From an uncultured bacterium (lineage in GTDB: Bacteria > Armatimonadota > UBA5829), in assembly GCA_963775535.1 (NCBI GenBank), contig CAVZJH010000053.1:19116-83115 (forward strand): 64,000 bases of DNA, written 5' to 3'. Positions within the stretch are counted from its first letter, which is position 1. Each line of letters begins with the position of its first letter. The notes beneath the pieces are model-generated. The model searched no databases and was not told the DNA's origin. It saw only the letters and a program-made list of their open reading frames with translations. This document shows positions 20,646 through 31,704 of this stretch, one piece after another. The position numbers were made by a program, and so were the translations under genes.

Positions 20646-21835
20646 AGTTCCCCCGCAAACGCCCGATGCAGCAGCGACTCGAACAGTGCGCCCAACTTCT
20701 TTCTGCTTGCGGACTGCTGTTCTTGCATGGAACGCACTTCTTCTACACGGGCGGCGAACTCACGTTGCAGTTCTATGGGAGGCAAAGGAAATGGCATGTT
20801 TGCAAACCGTCCGGCCCCCAGGTGCGCTACGTTTGAGGTCTTGGAACTGATCCTGGCAAACTCGCCACGCCGAAAGTAATCGAGAAACACAGACAGTGCG
20901 AATACGGGTTCGACGAGACCGCTGTTTGCCTTAAAGCGAACGAGGGTGTTTTGAAAGCAGCAGTCCGCGACCTCTTCACGCCACATTGCCGGGCGACCCA
21001 CAAGCTCGGTGCTTTGACCTTCGTTCAGCAGTATGTCACCGTGCTCCAGTCGGTAGCCTCGGAAGTCCTTGTCGCCGAAGTCCATTGATAGAATGTCTGA
21101 TATATCTATTTCATCTTCAAAGACGTTTGCCACCCGAACATACGGTCGCGTGAATAGGCCCGTCTGGTATTTGGGCGCGCGCTGGCGGCCCAGTTGCACC
21201 GTGCCAGCTTTGGCAACGGTGACACCGGGCCATTGCGAGCCGCTGCCGATAACATCCCCAAACATATCGTGAAACACGGCGGGTATAAGATCGCCCGTGC
21301 GCTCATCTGCCTTCGCCCGCAGCTTTCGGAGTTCGTCGGCCTCGTCGAGGATGCGGACGACATGGTGCTGTTCGGGGAGGGGAAGCACTGCAATAGGAAC
21401 GCTCTTCACAGTCGAGTCGCTCACCGCAGGGTAATTGGCACCCGTGCACCGCGACACAAGGTAGTCCACGAAGAACGGGCAACGCACGTAATGGAACAGG
21501 AACGAACTCAGTAGGCGATCAGGGTCAGGACGCAGCACAGTGTATCCGGTTGAAGCGATTGATCCATCAAGATTGGGCGGCACGAGTGCAACCGCATTCA
21601 GGTTCGGCCTTACCGTCGACACAATCACGTCGCCAGCCTTTACTTTCTTGCGTGCCCGGCTCGGAGCATTCGTTCCTAAAAGGCTCTGTGGGTTCACTAT
21701 CAATTTGGAATCGCGGTCAACGGACGCGATATCGATGTAAATAAACTCATCGTTGTGGTAGGCAGCAGGATCACACTGCGAGGTAGGCACACATAGTTGC
21801 CCGAGCGGTACGGCCACCACGCCGGTCATTTGCAC
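20642..21835 (-). CDS. hsdS: Type I RM specificity subunit
   Basis: Two TRDs with conserved LPLPEQ..VV.IL and PLPPIELQREFA; SLLHRAFAGEL. Confidence 0.93.
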   Translation of the reverse strand: MQMTGVVAVPLGQLCVPTSQCDPAAYHNDEFIYIDIASVDRDSKLIVNPQSLLGTNAPSRARKKVKAGDVIVSTVRPNLNAVALVPPNLDGSIASTGYTVLRPDPDRLLSSFLFHYVRCPFFVDYLVSRCTGANYPAVSDSTVKSVPIAVLPLPEQHHVVRILDEADELRKLRAKADERTGDLIPAVFHDMFGDVIGSGSQWPGVTVAKAGTVQLGRQRAPKYQTGLFTRPYVRVANVFEDEIDISDILSMDFGDKDFRGYRLEHGDILLNEGQSTELVGRPAMWREEVADCCFQNTLVRFKANSGLVEPVFALSVFLDYFRRGEFARISSKTSNVAHLGAGRFANMPFPLPPIELQREFAARVEEVRSMQEQQSASRKKLGALFESLLHRAFAGEL

Positions 21836-23319
21836 ATCACCTTAGATAGGATCTCGGCTCTCTCTGAGATGTCCCGTTCCAGTGCAACAACTTCGTCAAG
21901 AATGCGCTGGGGGTCGTCGTGCGTTGTGGCTTCCGCCGTGACCATCCGATATCTCCCCGCCGTCAGGCTCACGTCTTCATTATCCCGAATCTTCTCAACC
22001 GGCACAACATAGCTGTTCGGTCCTTCTGCGCGGGCAGGCCACTTTGTCAGCACATCGGGGATATCGTTTTCTTCGATTGAGTTGCGTTTATCATCAAGAG
22101 AAAACCCATCAGCAGTAAGATCATAGAACCACACGCTTTGAGTGGCCTTGCCCTTCTCGAACACAAGCACGGCGGTGCCCACTCCAGAATATGGCTTGAA
22201 CGCGCCCGACGGCAAGTTTATTATTGCCTGCAGATCACATTCCGTCAGCAGTAGTTCCCGGCACTTCTTCGCCGCCTTCGTTGAGCCAAAAAGCACCCCA
22301 TTGGGCACAATCACGCCTGCCCTGCCGCCGGGCGCGAGGTGATCGATGAACCACTTCAGGAACAAAAGCTCGGTGTTGCGCGTGTTCAGGTTGATATCGG
22401 CAAGTATGCTCTCTTTCTGGATCTTGCCCGCGAACGGTGGATTGGCTAAGATCACATCAAACGTTAGGCCGGGATACAAGCTGCCCCTGGATTCGGTGAG
22501 CGGGTTGTGATACCGGATAGCCGCTTTCTCAAGTTGGTGGAGGTAGAGATTGAGGATGGCTATCTTTACCATATTTGCATCATTGTCGTAGCCAGTGAAG
22601 CCCTGCTCCGAAAGGAACTTCCAGTCTGCTGGTTTGAGCAGATCACCCGTCACTCGCCCATGCGCCAGTTCGGCCTTTGATGTGTTCCGGCTCTTGATAT
22701 GATTGAAAGCCGACACAAGGAAACCGGCTGTGCCGCAGGCCGGGTCGCATATCCGCTGGCCAGGCTTCGGATCAACAAGCGCCACTATCATATCTATTAT
22801 GTGCCTGGGTGTTCGGAACTGGCCGTTTGTGCCGGACTGAGAGAGCTTGCTGAGGAGATATTCATACATATCACCCTTCAGGTCGGCTCCTTCTGGCTCC
22901 TCAAGTTCCATGGCCTGTATGCCTTGCACAACCGCGCGAAGAGTTGGGCGGTCGTATATCTTAAGCGTAGCCCGGTCGAAGAGCAGCCTTCCCGTCTGCG
23001 ACAAGCCCGGCAGTTCGTGCAGCTTCTCGATGGCTGCGCGGCCTGCATCGAAGAGCTGGTCACCAGTAAGGGTAACGAAGTTTCCCCAGGCGTATCGCGC
23101 CCATTCGCCGGCGAAGATGCGGTTGTAGTTCCTGTCGATGGAGGCAAGAAGCTCGTCGCGTTCGCTCAACAACCGCAGGAATAATAGGTAAGATATCTGT
23201 TCTATGGAGTCCATCGGGTTGTTGACACCGCCGGCATACAGAACATCCATAAGCTGGTCGACTTTCTGCCGCACACCCGATGAAAAGAAGTTACTTCCGT
23301 TATTACCGTTTCCGTTCAT
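21826..23319 (-). CDS. hsdM: Type I RM N6-adenine methyltransferase
   Basis: GQFRTPRH, DPACGTAGFL, NPPF. Confidence 0.95.
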   Translation of the reverse strand: MNGNGNNGSNFFSSGVRQKVDQLMDVLYAGGVNNPMDSIEQISYLLFLRLLSERDELLASIDRNYNRIFAGEWARYAWGNFVTLTGDQLFDAGRAAIEKLHELPGLSQTGRLLFDRATLKIYDRPTLRAVVQGIQAMELEEPEGADLKGDMYEYLLSKLSQSGTNGQFRTPRHIIDMIVALVDPKPGQRICDPACGTAGFLVSAFNHIKSRNTSKAELAHGRVTGDLLKPADWKFLSEQGFTGYDNDANMVKIAILNLYLHQLEKAAIRYHNPLTESRGSLYPGLTFDVILANPPFAGKIQKESILADINLNTRNTELLFLKWFIDHLAPGGRAGVIVPNGVLFGSTKAAKKCRELLLTECDLQAIINLPSGAFKPYSGVGTAVLVFEKGKATQSVWFYDLTADGFSLDDKRNSIEENDIPDVLTKWPARAEGPNSYVVPVEKIRDNEDVSLTAGRYRMVTAEATTHDDPQRILDEVVALERDISERAEILSKVMCK

Positions 23320-25735
23320 TACTCACCAAATCCCAGTGCGGATTGCCTAATGAGCGGCGACTGCCGCAGTGCCTCGAATGCGGGTTCCCGTTCCGCAAAT
23401 CTTGCGAGAGCATCCAAACCGCCCAGCGGTATAAACTGGCCCGCCGTGAACACAGTCATATCTCCCGACAGGAACCGCCTCAGGGCAGCGGGATCATCGG
23501 CAATGAGTTGGGCGGTGGCGCTTAGGAGCTTCTGCTCATTATAGCGCAGGTTGAAGCGCGCGGCTATGGATTCGACAGTATCGTTTACAAGCTTGTCCTT
23601 GGTCGGCAGCGGCTTCCCGCCAACGGCATTATAAACGAACGCCGGTGTCGGAGCGGGCACCCCGTACAGACTTAATCAGCTTGTCGGGAGAGTAGAACAT
23701 CTCAGGCTTATAGAAGAAACGCTCAGTAAGGATTGTCTCAACTGCGTCGTCATCCTCCACCTCAATAGCAATTCTTAGCTGTTCGTCTTGCTGCGCCATT
23801 TCCTTCACGTCCCGCTCGAACGAGCCCCGGAACGTCATTACGTCCACCTTCTCGCCGTTTGGCCCTATAATCCGCACATCCTCCGAGACTACCACATCAT
23901 GGCCTTCCCAGACGGGGATGCCTTGTGGTGAAGGATATGGAGGCTCAGGGCCGGGCGGTGGCTCGGGCCCGGGAGGCTCCGGCCCGGGCCTCGGAGGTTC
24001 GGGCAGTTCAGTCTTTGGTCTCGGCAGTTCAAGTGGCAGGCTGTAATCGTATTGCTCCTCGAAATACTCGGCCACGCCGCAGAAATCCATCAGCAAGAAG
24101 TGCTTCTTCTCATACTCCGTGTTGCCTATGCGGAAGGTGAACGTCCTCGTGCCACGTCCCTTGATCTGGATATACTCGGTTGGTGAGAATATCGGGCGCA
24201 TCAGCACTACGTTCAGCAGATCGCGGCAGTTGTAGCCGGTTGAAGAGCATGTCCACAGAGACAGCAATCTGCTCACGCCGCTTTCCATCCCTGAAGTCCT
24301 TGGCAATGTCCGAAGAGCCGGGCACGCGCGAGGTGATGGTGACCGCGCTGCCCGGCTGGATTGAGTTCAGCGTCCTCGTCAGGTTGGTAGCGTGGTTTTG
24401 ATTGACTGCGAAGATGATGGATTTGCCGAGCTTCCCAAACGGGTCGCGCTGCGCATTCTCCAGGAACGCCTCGCACATGACCTGGTTTCTATACGGAGTG
24501 AATATACGCCGTTCCAAGTCGCGAATCTTATAGCTCTCTTCCTGCTCATTAATGGTAACCGTCCATCCCTTTTCTTCAAGAGCCTGCGTGGTGATGTCGG
24601 TGCGAATGTCGAATATCTTGGGCATACAAAGGAACGGCCCCTCGGGATCTTGGACGGCATCTATTATGTCATAGCGGAACGTGGGAATTCCGGGCTCGCA
24701 GCCAAAGTAATGATAGGTATCCCGCAGTTGGCGAGCCTCCAGAGCTCTTGGGTTCTCCCGGCCCAGCGAGTCAAGATCGATGTTCCTGAGATACGCCTTT
24801 GGGGTTGCCGTGAGACCGACCCGCGTCGCCTGGAAATACTGCACGACTTCACGAGCATCTCCGTAGATAGACCTGTGTGCCTCATCGTTTATGACAAGGT
24901 CGAAGTAGAACGGAGTAAACTCCTCTCGGTAGCGGCGGTCGATCTGCAGAGACTGGATGGTTGCAACAACGACCGACGAGCCCAGCATATCCATCGGCCT
25001 GCGCCGCGCCGTCTTATAAATGACCGGGCTATATTCCCGCAGAATGACGCCGAAATCTTCGATAGTCTGCTTAGCCAGTTCTATACGGTCGACGATGAAC
25101 AGCACCCGTTCGGCATTGCGGGTGGCAAGGAAACGCCGTATAAGAGCTGCGCACAGCTTTGTTTTGCCGGTGCCGGTTGCCATCTCCAACAGGAACTTGC
25201 GTTTTCCGTCGGCATCGAACTGCCTCGATATCTCTTCTATCGCACGGATCTGATAACCGTGGAGACTGATTTCAGGCTGGAAGCGCTGAATATAGTCCGG
25301 CCCGAGGGGTTCGGTGAGAAGCGGCCTGGGCGGCTGCATGTTCTTGAGCCGAAGCCGTTCCAAGTCCTGAGGCGATGGAATGCGTTCAATGCGATAAGCG
25401 TCCTGCTGATCCGTTCGTGTATAGTTCCAGAACCAGTGTTCGGTGCCATTTGAGAGTATGATAAATGGAGCGCCGACATTCTCGGCATAACCTCGCGCCT
25501 GTTCCTTTGCATCGTAGGGTTCATAATCGGGCTTCTTCGCTTCCAGAACACACAAGGGCCCGAACTGACCGTTCAGCACGTAGTCCGCGCGACCGCTGAG
25601 GCCGTGAAGCTCGAACCTCACCTGATGGGAATCAAGCAGGTTCCATCCGCTGTCTTTGAGACACTGGTCTATGATGACTCTGGAAAAGGCTTCGCCTTGA
25701 TGCATGATCGTGATCCGTCTGCCGTGTGTGAGCAT
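23319..25735 (-). CDS. hsdR: Type I RM restriction subunit, frameshifted ~24240 and ~23660
   Basis: ADY..LEAKK nuclease motif, MATGTGKT, DEAHRS, LTATP, QIKGRGTR; three consecutive ORF fragments. Confidence 0.9.
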
Positions 25736-25808
25736 TAGAGATAATGGCTGCTAAGATATTATAGTGCTCCTGTCCTAAGCGGTCTACTTTTGAAAAACTC
25801 CAATACCG

Positions 25809-27447
25809 CTACTCCCTGTCAAGTAGCACCCTTTCGCCGGTGAATCTGGCGTCATACATCGGAGCGAGCACTCGGCGGGTGCCGTCGATCAGGGCGTAGC
25901 GCAGGGTTATCCACGCCGCTCGACACTTCTTTGCCTTTGGTAGTTCTGCTCGGGCGTAGTCAACTGAGACCGACGCTTCCACTTTTTCCACGAACGCGAC
26001 CACCAACTGTCTTGCCTGTTCCACAGTGAATCCAGGAACGGCGCAGGCTTCGAGCGCTTGCTTCATTGCAAAGCGCACGGTTGCCGAAGAGTCCTTTTCC
26101 TGCAGAGTTGTCCGAAGTCGCTCCCTTTCCTCGACCAGTCCGTTGTAACGGGGCTGGAAGTCCTCTTTCTTCATTATCCCGGAATCGAAGCCGTCCAAAA
26201 GGCGGGATATGCGCTCCGTTATCTCCAGTATCCTCTTCTCCAGGGCAGAGCCATTCTCTGAGGATGCAGGTTTGACGGCAGGCATGTTCTCGAACTGCTG
26301 TCCGTAATCTATAGCCGCCATCAGCACAACACGCATCACCGCGTCTTCTACCATGTCCCCTGAGACATACATCCCATCCGGGTGAGGGATATTATTCTCG
26401 GCGGATGCCCGGCATTCGTAGCTGGATTTCGGCAGTTTCCTTTGGGCTGAGAAGTGCGCGAGTGCATAGGACTGCCACAAGTTGCGCAGCGCAGAACCCC
26501 GGAAAGCACGTAAGTCGTGTTGGCTGCTTTTCTGGGGCCGCCACGGCCATACATCTCGTTCATGCGCCGGTTCAGGACAAGCACACATTCTGCTTCCTCC
26601 TCGGTTATCACCGGCGGATAGGCATTCTCAATCAATATGCGGTCGGGGTCATTCTCTTCCTTTTCTACTCCGAATGTGTAGTGCCCGCGCATAAGGCTCA
26701 ACCGCTCCGGCTTGAGATACCAACTCACGGCGTGCGATGTCCATTTCCTGTCGTCGGCTGTTTGAATGCCCTCCAGGTTAAGTGTCCTTGCTATCTTTGC
26801 CTGTGGGGTTCCCCCTGAAGCCTCAAGTCTATGAGACGGCGGATGTCAGGCGCTCGGTCGTTCACGACATACTCGCTGCTCCCATTTCTGGAGATCCAGA
26901 ACGGAGGAGTGCCGTCGATAAGACCCTTCTGCGCTCTCGTGCGCACCAAGGCTTTCACGAAGTCAGAAATGTTTGCCGACTCCATTTCCGCCACCGCAAG
27001 CAGGATCGTGCGCACCATTCTGCCCGACGCAGTCGCGGTGTCTATCTGCTCCTTAATGCAGTGGATTGAACAACCAGCTTCTTCGAAGAGGTCGAAAAGT
27101 TCCAAGCCCTCTTTGGCGCTGCGCGCAAAGCGACTCAGCTTGAAAACGATTAGGGCGTTGAACTCACCCCGACGCGCCGCTTCAAGATGAGCGACAAGGC
27201 CCGCGCGCTTCTGCCATTTTATTCTGGATGCTGATGTATCGATATCGGCGTGGGTGACGCTGGACTCGTCATCGAATGTGTGGCTCTTAAGATACAGCGT
27301 GGCATACTGCCTGGCTTCACCAAGCTGCATGTCGGGCGAAACAAACTCACCAGTGCCGGGGCCTTTGCCCCGCTCACCCTGATGAGATACCCTTATGTAA
27401 ACTCTGGCCACCTTCGGCCTCAAGTCTTCGGCTGAACTTTTTTTCAT
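25809..27447 (-). CDS. Large serine recombinase 1, split by frameshifts
   Basis: VYIRVS, LSRFARS, zinc ribbon LSGVLRCATCGSPM, coiled coil. Confidence 0.88.
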
Positions 27448-27523
27448 TATTTATCCCGCCTCCTCCGAAAACCTTGGATCAAAACTTTATAAGAGCAACC
27501 AGCACAACCACACTATACATGTT

Positions 27524-27730
27524 GTGCATGGATACCAGTGCATGCGAAATCAGAGTGATGACCGCCATCGGGCTGCTTTCATCGAGCAGGTCAAGGCAGT
27601 CAACAACCTTATCACGGACGAACAGGCAAATGTGATGTATAACGTCCGCGACGCAGTGCGCGCTCTGCTTGCTTTCAAAATGGGAGAGCGAATAGTTATT
27701 GATAAGTCAAAAAGGGATACCGCGCTCTAA
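27524..27730 (+). CDS. Small hypothetical protein divergent from recombinase 1
   Basis: 68-aa ORF of protein-like composition; no recognised motif. Confidence 0.45.
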   Translation: MHGYQCMRNQSDDRHRAAFIEQVKAVNNLITDEQANVMYNVRDAVRALLAFKMGERIVIDKSKRDTAL

Positions 27731-27934
27731 GTCGGTATCAAGAGTCTTGGAACCCAACGATATGGCTGGATAACTCCAGCAAACGACCCGCGAAAGCGGA
27801 GAAACAAGATACTTTGGCAGTAATAACAACAGGGCTGGCACTTTCATACAAGCCGCTGATCATCCCCCCGATGAGTGGAACCCTTGAACACGCCTACTCT
27901 CAGGCCATCCGCCAGAGCCGAACAGCCCTACCAT

Positions 27935-27963
27935 ATTATATACTCCAGTAATGTCTTTTCCAA
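27935..27963 (-). promoter_or_regulatory. Putative sigma70 promoter on the minus strand
   Basis: TTGGAA-N17-TATAAT on the minus strand. Confidence 0.55.
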
Positions 27964-28008
27964 GGCAATGACCGGCCCACGGCGAGCCCATGGGCCGGTC
28001 TTGCCTCT
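27962..28008 (-). terminator. GC-rich hairpin downstream of the DGQHR gene
   Basis: aggcaa-gaccggccca...tgggccggtc-ttgcct inverted repeat. Confidence 0.6.
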
Positions 28009-28126
28009 ATTTGCAGTCGCCACGGTTTCGGCGTATCATCCTATTGTTAGATCGGTGGAATGTTCGCCGAAAACTGCGGGCTGCTCTTGCACGAGCGGCC
28101 TGCAGTTATTTGTGGCGCGCTGCTTA

Positions 28127-29356
28127 TCATCTATATGACCTCCTTGACGCCCTCCTCTTATCCTGTTCAGTCAGTGGAATGCCGAGTTTCTCTTTGACGC
28201 CCATCACCGCCAAATCCACAGGCATTCTAAGGGTATTCATGCGCCCGTTGGTGACGACATTACCTTGCCATATGGCCGCGTCTCTCGACCAGTCGATTTC
28301 TTTGCCCAGAGCTTCTATCAGTTTGTCGCGCTCAAAGCTCGGATAGTTGCGGATGGCGTAGCCTACTCTTCCCAGGACAACGAGGCCCGTGCCGGTGCAA
28401 TGAACAAAACCGTGGCGCAGCAGAGATGTATCCACGGTGCCCAGGGCGGGATTACCCGCCTCAAGCAACTGCGACCACTGCGGGTTTGCCAGCGTGAAGG
28501 CGTTGTAGAAATCCACAACCCACTTCCGATGCTCCTGTTCAGCCTCGGGACTCCCCAGTCTTTGGTCAATGTCTTTCTTGAGCGACACCCCCGTCTGAGT
28601 GGAGTCCCCAGTAAGGAGTTCGGCAGTCCCAACTCTGACCTGGTTAAGCGTAAAAAGGTTGATGGAACTCTTGCCCACGGTTTTCGAAACCTGCTCGATT
28701 CGCCCTGTGAATACTGGCACTTCTTTGCATACCTCGCGGACAAGTCTCGCCAGGTAGTCTCGCCTATTATATGCCGTCAACAGGCTTGGCGCGATGCTGC
28801 GGGTCTGAGCGCAGTCGTAAAATATCTGGTGCACGTCGTCGGGGTCGGTTTCTACAACAAGGGTCACGCCAATACCGTCGTCGGCAAGGCTCTGTTTCTG
28901 TTGAATAGCATCCTGTATCCCTCGGGAGCGGTGCTGGCCGTCGGTAATGTTGTAGCGCATGCTCGTTGGAATGACCACGATGCCCAATTTTACTGCTGAC
29001 GAGCTCTGCATAACATGGCAGCGAAGCTCTTGCCCCGCGCAAAGCGATAGCGGCGGCAGGACATAGTCATCCTGAGTTATGAGATACTCCGTTATCGCCC
29101 TGTGGTGTTCGGCGATCAGAGGGCGGTTATAGTGATCGCTTGCGTTGCCGCCATGTGAGAGGGTATCGAAGTTGACCCGCTCCGCAATGTAGCTCAAGGG
29201 AAACGAGGTTGTAAGGAAATCGCGGGTGCCTTGGCGATACATCACAGCCGGTGCAATCACAGACATCGTGGTCGCAGCCTCTTGAGCCGCAGCAGCCACT
29301 GCCTGTTCATAGGTCGCGTGTTCGACCTGGACTAGTCTTGGATGTTTCTCTTCCAT
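28127..29356 (-). CDS. DGQHR-domain (DndB-like, ParB superfamily) protein
   Basis: NRPL..H, YVLPPLSL, ITDGQHR, QIFYD. Confidence 0.88.
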   Translation of the reverse strand: MEEKHPRLVQVEHATYEQAVAAAAQEAATTMSVIAPAVMYRQGTRDFLTTSFPLSYIAERVNFDTLSHGGNASDHYNRPLIAEHHRAITEYLITQDDYVLPPLSLCAGQELRCHVMQSSSAVKLGIVVIPTSMRYNITDGQHRSRGIQDAIQQKQSLADDGIGVTLVVETDPDDVHQIFYDCAQTRSIAPSLLTAYNRRDYLARLVREVCKEVPVFTGRIEQVSKTVGKSSINLFTLNQVRVGTAELLTGDSTQTGVSLKKDIDQRLGSPEAEQEHRKWVVDFYNAFTLANPQWSQLLEAGNPALGTVDTSLLRHGFVHCTGTGLVVLGRVGYAIRNYPSFERDKLIEALGKEIDWSRDAAIWQGNVVTNGRMNTLRMPVDLAVMGVKEKLGIPLTEQDKRRASRRSYR

Positions 29357-29808
29357 TGTCTTACTCCTTGCATTTCATGCGCAGATAGGAACTTCGCAGT
29401 CCACGAACCGAGTGCATTAACCCCGCCTCCTCCGAGGAACACCTTCTTGCAGTCCTGTGCAGGCCTTTTCCGCGCGTGTTGATATCAAGGGTAGATCAGA
29501 TGTGTGAATAAGTCAAGTCTTCAGTTCGGAATAGATCATGAATAATGGACAGAGGAATTCTACAGATGACAAATGGATCAAGATAATTTGCTCATGCTTG
29601 CAGGTGGAGGGCGAGAAAACCTGTAAAGACAAGAATACCCGACGGTGATGGAACAAACGAGGCAGGTTTGGAGGCTGACTAACGCTCGATTTTGAGCTCA
29701 AAGGAGGTGGATCGTGTGAGGGTGTGCTTATAACGCACTTAAGACTGTCAATGCGTTTAGATAGCACCATCAGCGGGAATACTCACAAACAAGAGGAACT
29801 CAAGTATT

Positions 29809-31668
29809 ATGAACCAACTTAAACCAGAAGGCAACCTCACGGGGATGCCGAACACACCGAATAACATGCTGCGGGTAGGGGTCTATGCCCGCAAGTCAAA
29901 CAGAACCGAAGGTCGAAGCAGGAGTATTGAAGAGCAGGTGGCATCCTGCCCACAGGTGGCCACATATTACGGCCTCGACTTTGACGGTGCCACCTTATAC
30001 AAAGAAGATGAGGGTCAGAAGGGGGAATGGTATTGGCGGGATAGCGAACGCCGCAATCCCAAACCCTGGAGGCCCGAGCTGACCAGGCTTATGGAGGATA
30101 TAGAGGCGGGCATAATCGATGTCGTTATGACGTGGCGCTCGGACAGACTCTACAGGGATGCTGGGGTATGCGACGCCCTTATGAAGGTCGTCAGGGCAAA
30201 AAATATCCGTTTCATCTGCGGGTTGAAAGATATGGATATCGACTCGGCGACAGGACTTTTTCAGGCAAGTGTCGAGGCCGCCAACAACAGGAAGTATCGA
30301 GATACCATTAGCGAAGATATAAGGCGCGATCACGACTTCAAAGCCCAGTTGGGCATGTTTTCCCGTAACCCAAGCTGTCTTGGCTACCGTTCCAAAGGAA
30401 AGGGCAGTCAGGCAGTTGAGGTTATATGGGAAGAGATGGAACTAGTCAACAGAATATTCAGGCTCTTTGTAGCCGGTGAAGGCGATATCGGGCCGATGGG
30501 AATAAACGGCATCGCCAGTCTACTCATGAATGAAGGGGTTCGGGTTGCTCGGGGTGCAAAGGGCCATATCCCAAAGCACCCAAACATGGTGCATACCTCG
30601 CAAATACGGACGATACTCACCAACTGCATGTATGTCGGCAGGTGGCGGCACAAGGGAGAACACGAATGCGACAGACTCCTTGTTCCCGTCTCAGACGGAA
30701 GCAGCCAGCTTGAGACGGCGGTGCCGGTCGCACTTTTCGAGGCGGCGCAAGAAAAACTGAAGCTTTCCGACAGGCCAGGAAAACGTTCTCTCAGCGACGA
30801 GCACCTGCTGACGGGCCTTGTAATCTGTGCCAGATGCGGACGACCGCTGCAGATTAGGTATAAGAGGTATAAAGAGACGGATAATGGCGGGGATCGGCCT
30901 GCGAGAAAGACTTTCATGTGCCCGCATTCGAGCCCTCCTGGCTATTGCAAGCCTTGGGGAATAAAGCTGGTTCAGGAGCCAGTTATGGACGACTGGGTGT
31001 TGACGCAACTCGCGCCCCTGCTTTCGGCGGAAATCGCAGAAATGCGTAGCGCCCCAGGGAGAGAAGCCGACGGCCAAGCCTTTGCCGACACACAAAGAAA
31101 ACTTCAAGAGGCAAAAATCAAGGAAACCGAGACGCTGACCAATCTTATCGGGGTCTTCGACAAGGAACAACTTGGCCGAGTGGCGGAGCAGCTTCGCGCC
31201 GAACGGGAACGACTTCAGCGAAAGGCCGATGAAATACAGTCAAGACTCAAGAAGCAGGATAACCTGGTAACCGAGCTTTGCTCGGATGATCTCGCAAGCC
31301 TGCCCAAGAGCACCATCAAAGACGCGCTCCGGCGCGTAATCAAGTGGATAGCGGTCGGAAGCGAAGGAATGGTCGTATTGACGAACTGGGGAACATACAT
31401 CGGTGCCACGTTCAATGAAATTGACAAGGGCGTCTACTTCACAAGAGATACCAGGAGAACCATCAACATTCCAACTCCAGGCTCTGCCCTTCGGTGCTTG
31501 AGTTGGCTGCCTTCACCCGAGGACTTCATGAAGGGCAGAAGAAGCAGCATGGGCCGTAGGAGCGATAGGCTAACTGATGAGGAAATCGTTCCTGGGCTTT
31601 CCGAGACAGGCGGCGAACCAGTCGCGGACGCCGAGCTATCAATAGAGGTTATCGAACTGAACGACTAG
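29809..31668 (+). CDS. Large serine recombinase 2 (intact)
   Basis: VYARKS, SIEEQ, DRLYRD, ILTNCMYVG, LLTGLVICARCGRPL, coiled coil. Confidence 0.92.
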   Translation: MNQLKPEGNLTGMPNTPNNMLRVGVYARKSNRTEGRSRSIEEQVASCPQVATYYGLDFDGATLYKEDEGQKGEWYWRDSERRNPKPWRPELTRLMEDIEAGIIDVVMTWRSDRLYRDAGVCDALMKVVRAKNIRFICGLKDMDIDSATGLFQASVEAANNRKYRDTISEDIRRDHDFKAQLGMFSRNPSCLGYRSKGKGSQAVEVIWEEMELVNRIFRLFVAGEGDIGPMGINGIASLLMNEGVRVARGAKGHIPKHPNMVHTSQIRTILTNCMYVGRWRHKGEHECDRLLVPVSDGSSQLETAVPVALFEAAQEKLKLSDRPGKRSLSDEHLLTGLVICARCGRPLQIRYKRYKETDNGGDRPARKTFMCPHSSPPGYCKPWGIKLVQEPVMDDWVLTQLAPLLSAEIAEMRSAPGREADGQAFADTQRKLQEAKIKETETLTNLIGVFDKEQLGRVAEQLRAERERLQRKADEIQSRLKKQDNLVTELCSDDLASLPKSTIKDALRRVIKWIAVGSEGMVVLTNWGTYIGATFNEIDKGVYFTRDTRRTINIPTPGSALRCLSWLPSPEDFMKGRRSSMGRRSDRLTDEEIVPGLSETGGEPVADAELSIEVIELND

Positions 31669-31704
31669 CAACCATATCTCTTATGGACAGGAGAAAACAT
31701 TATA

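Noticed and set aside
28127-29356. Complete DNA phosphorothioation (dnd) system
   Set aside because: Only the DndB-like gene is present.
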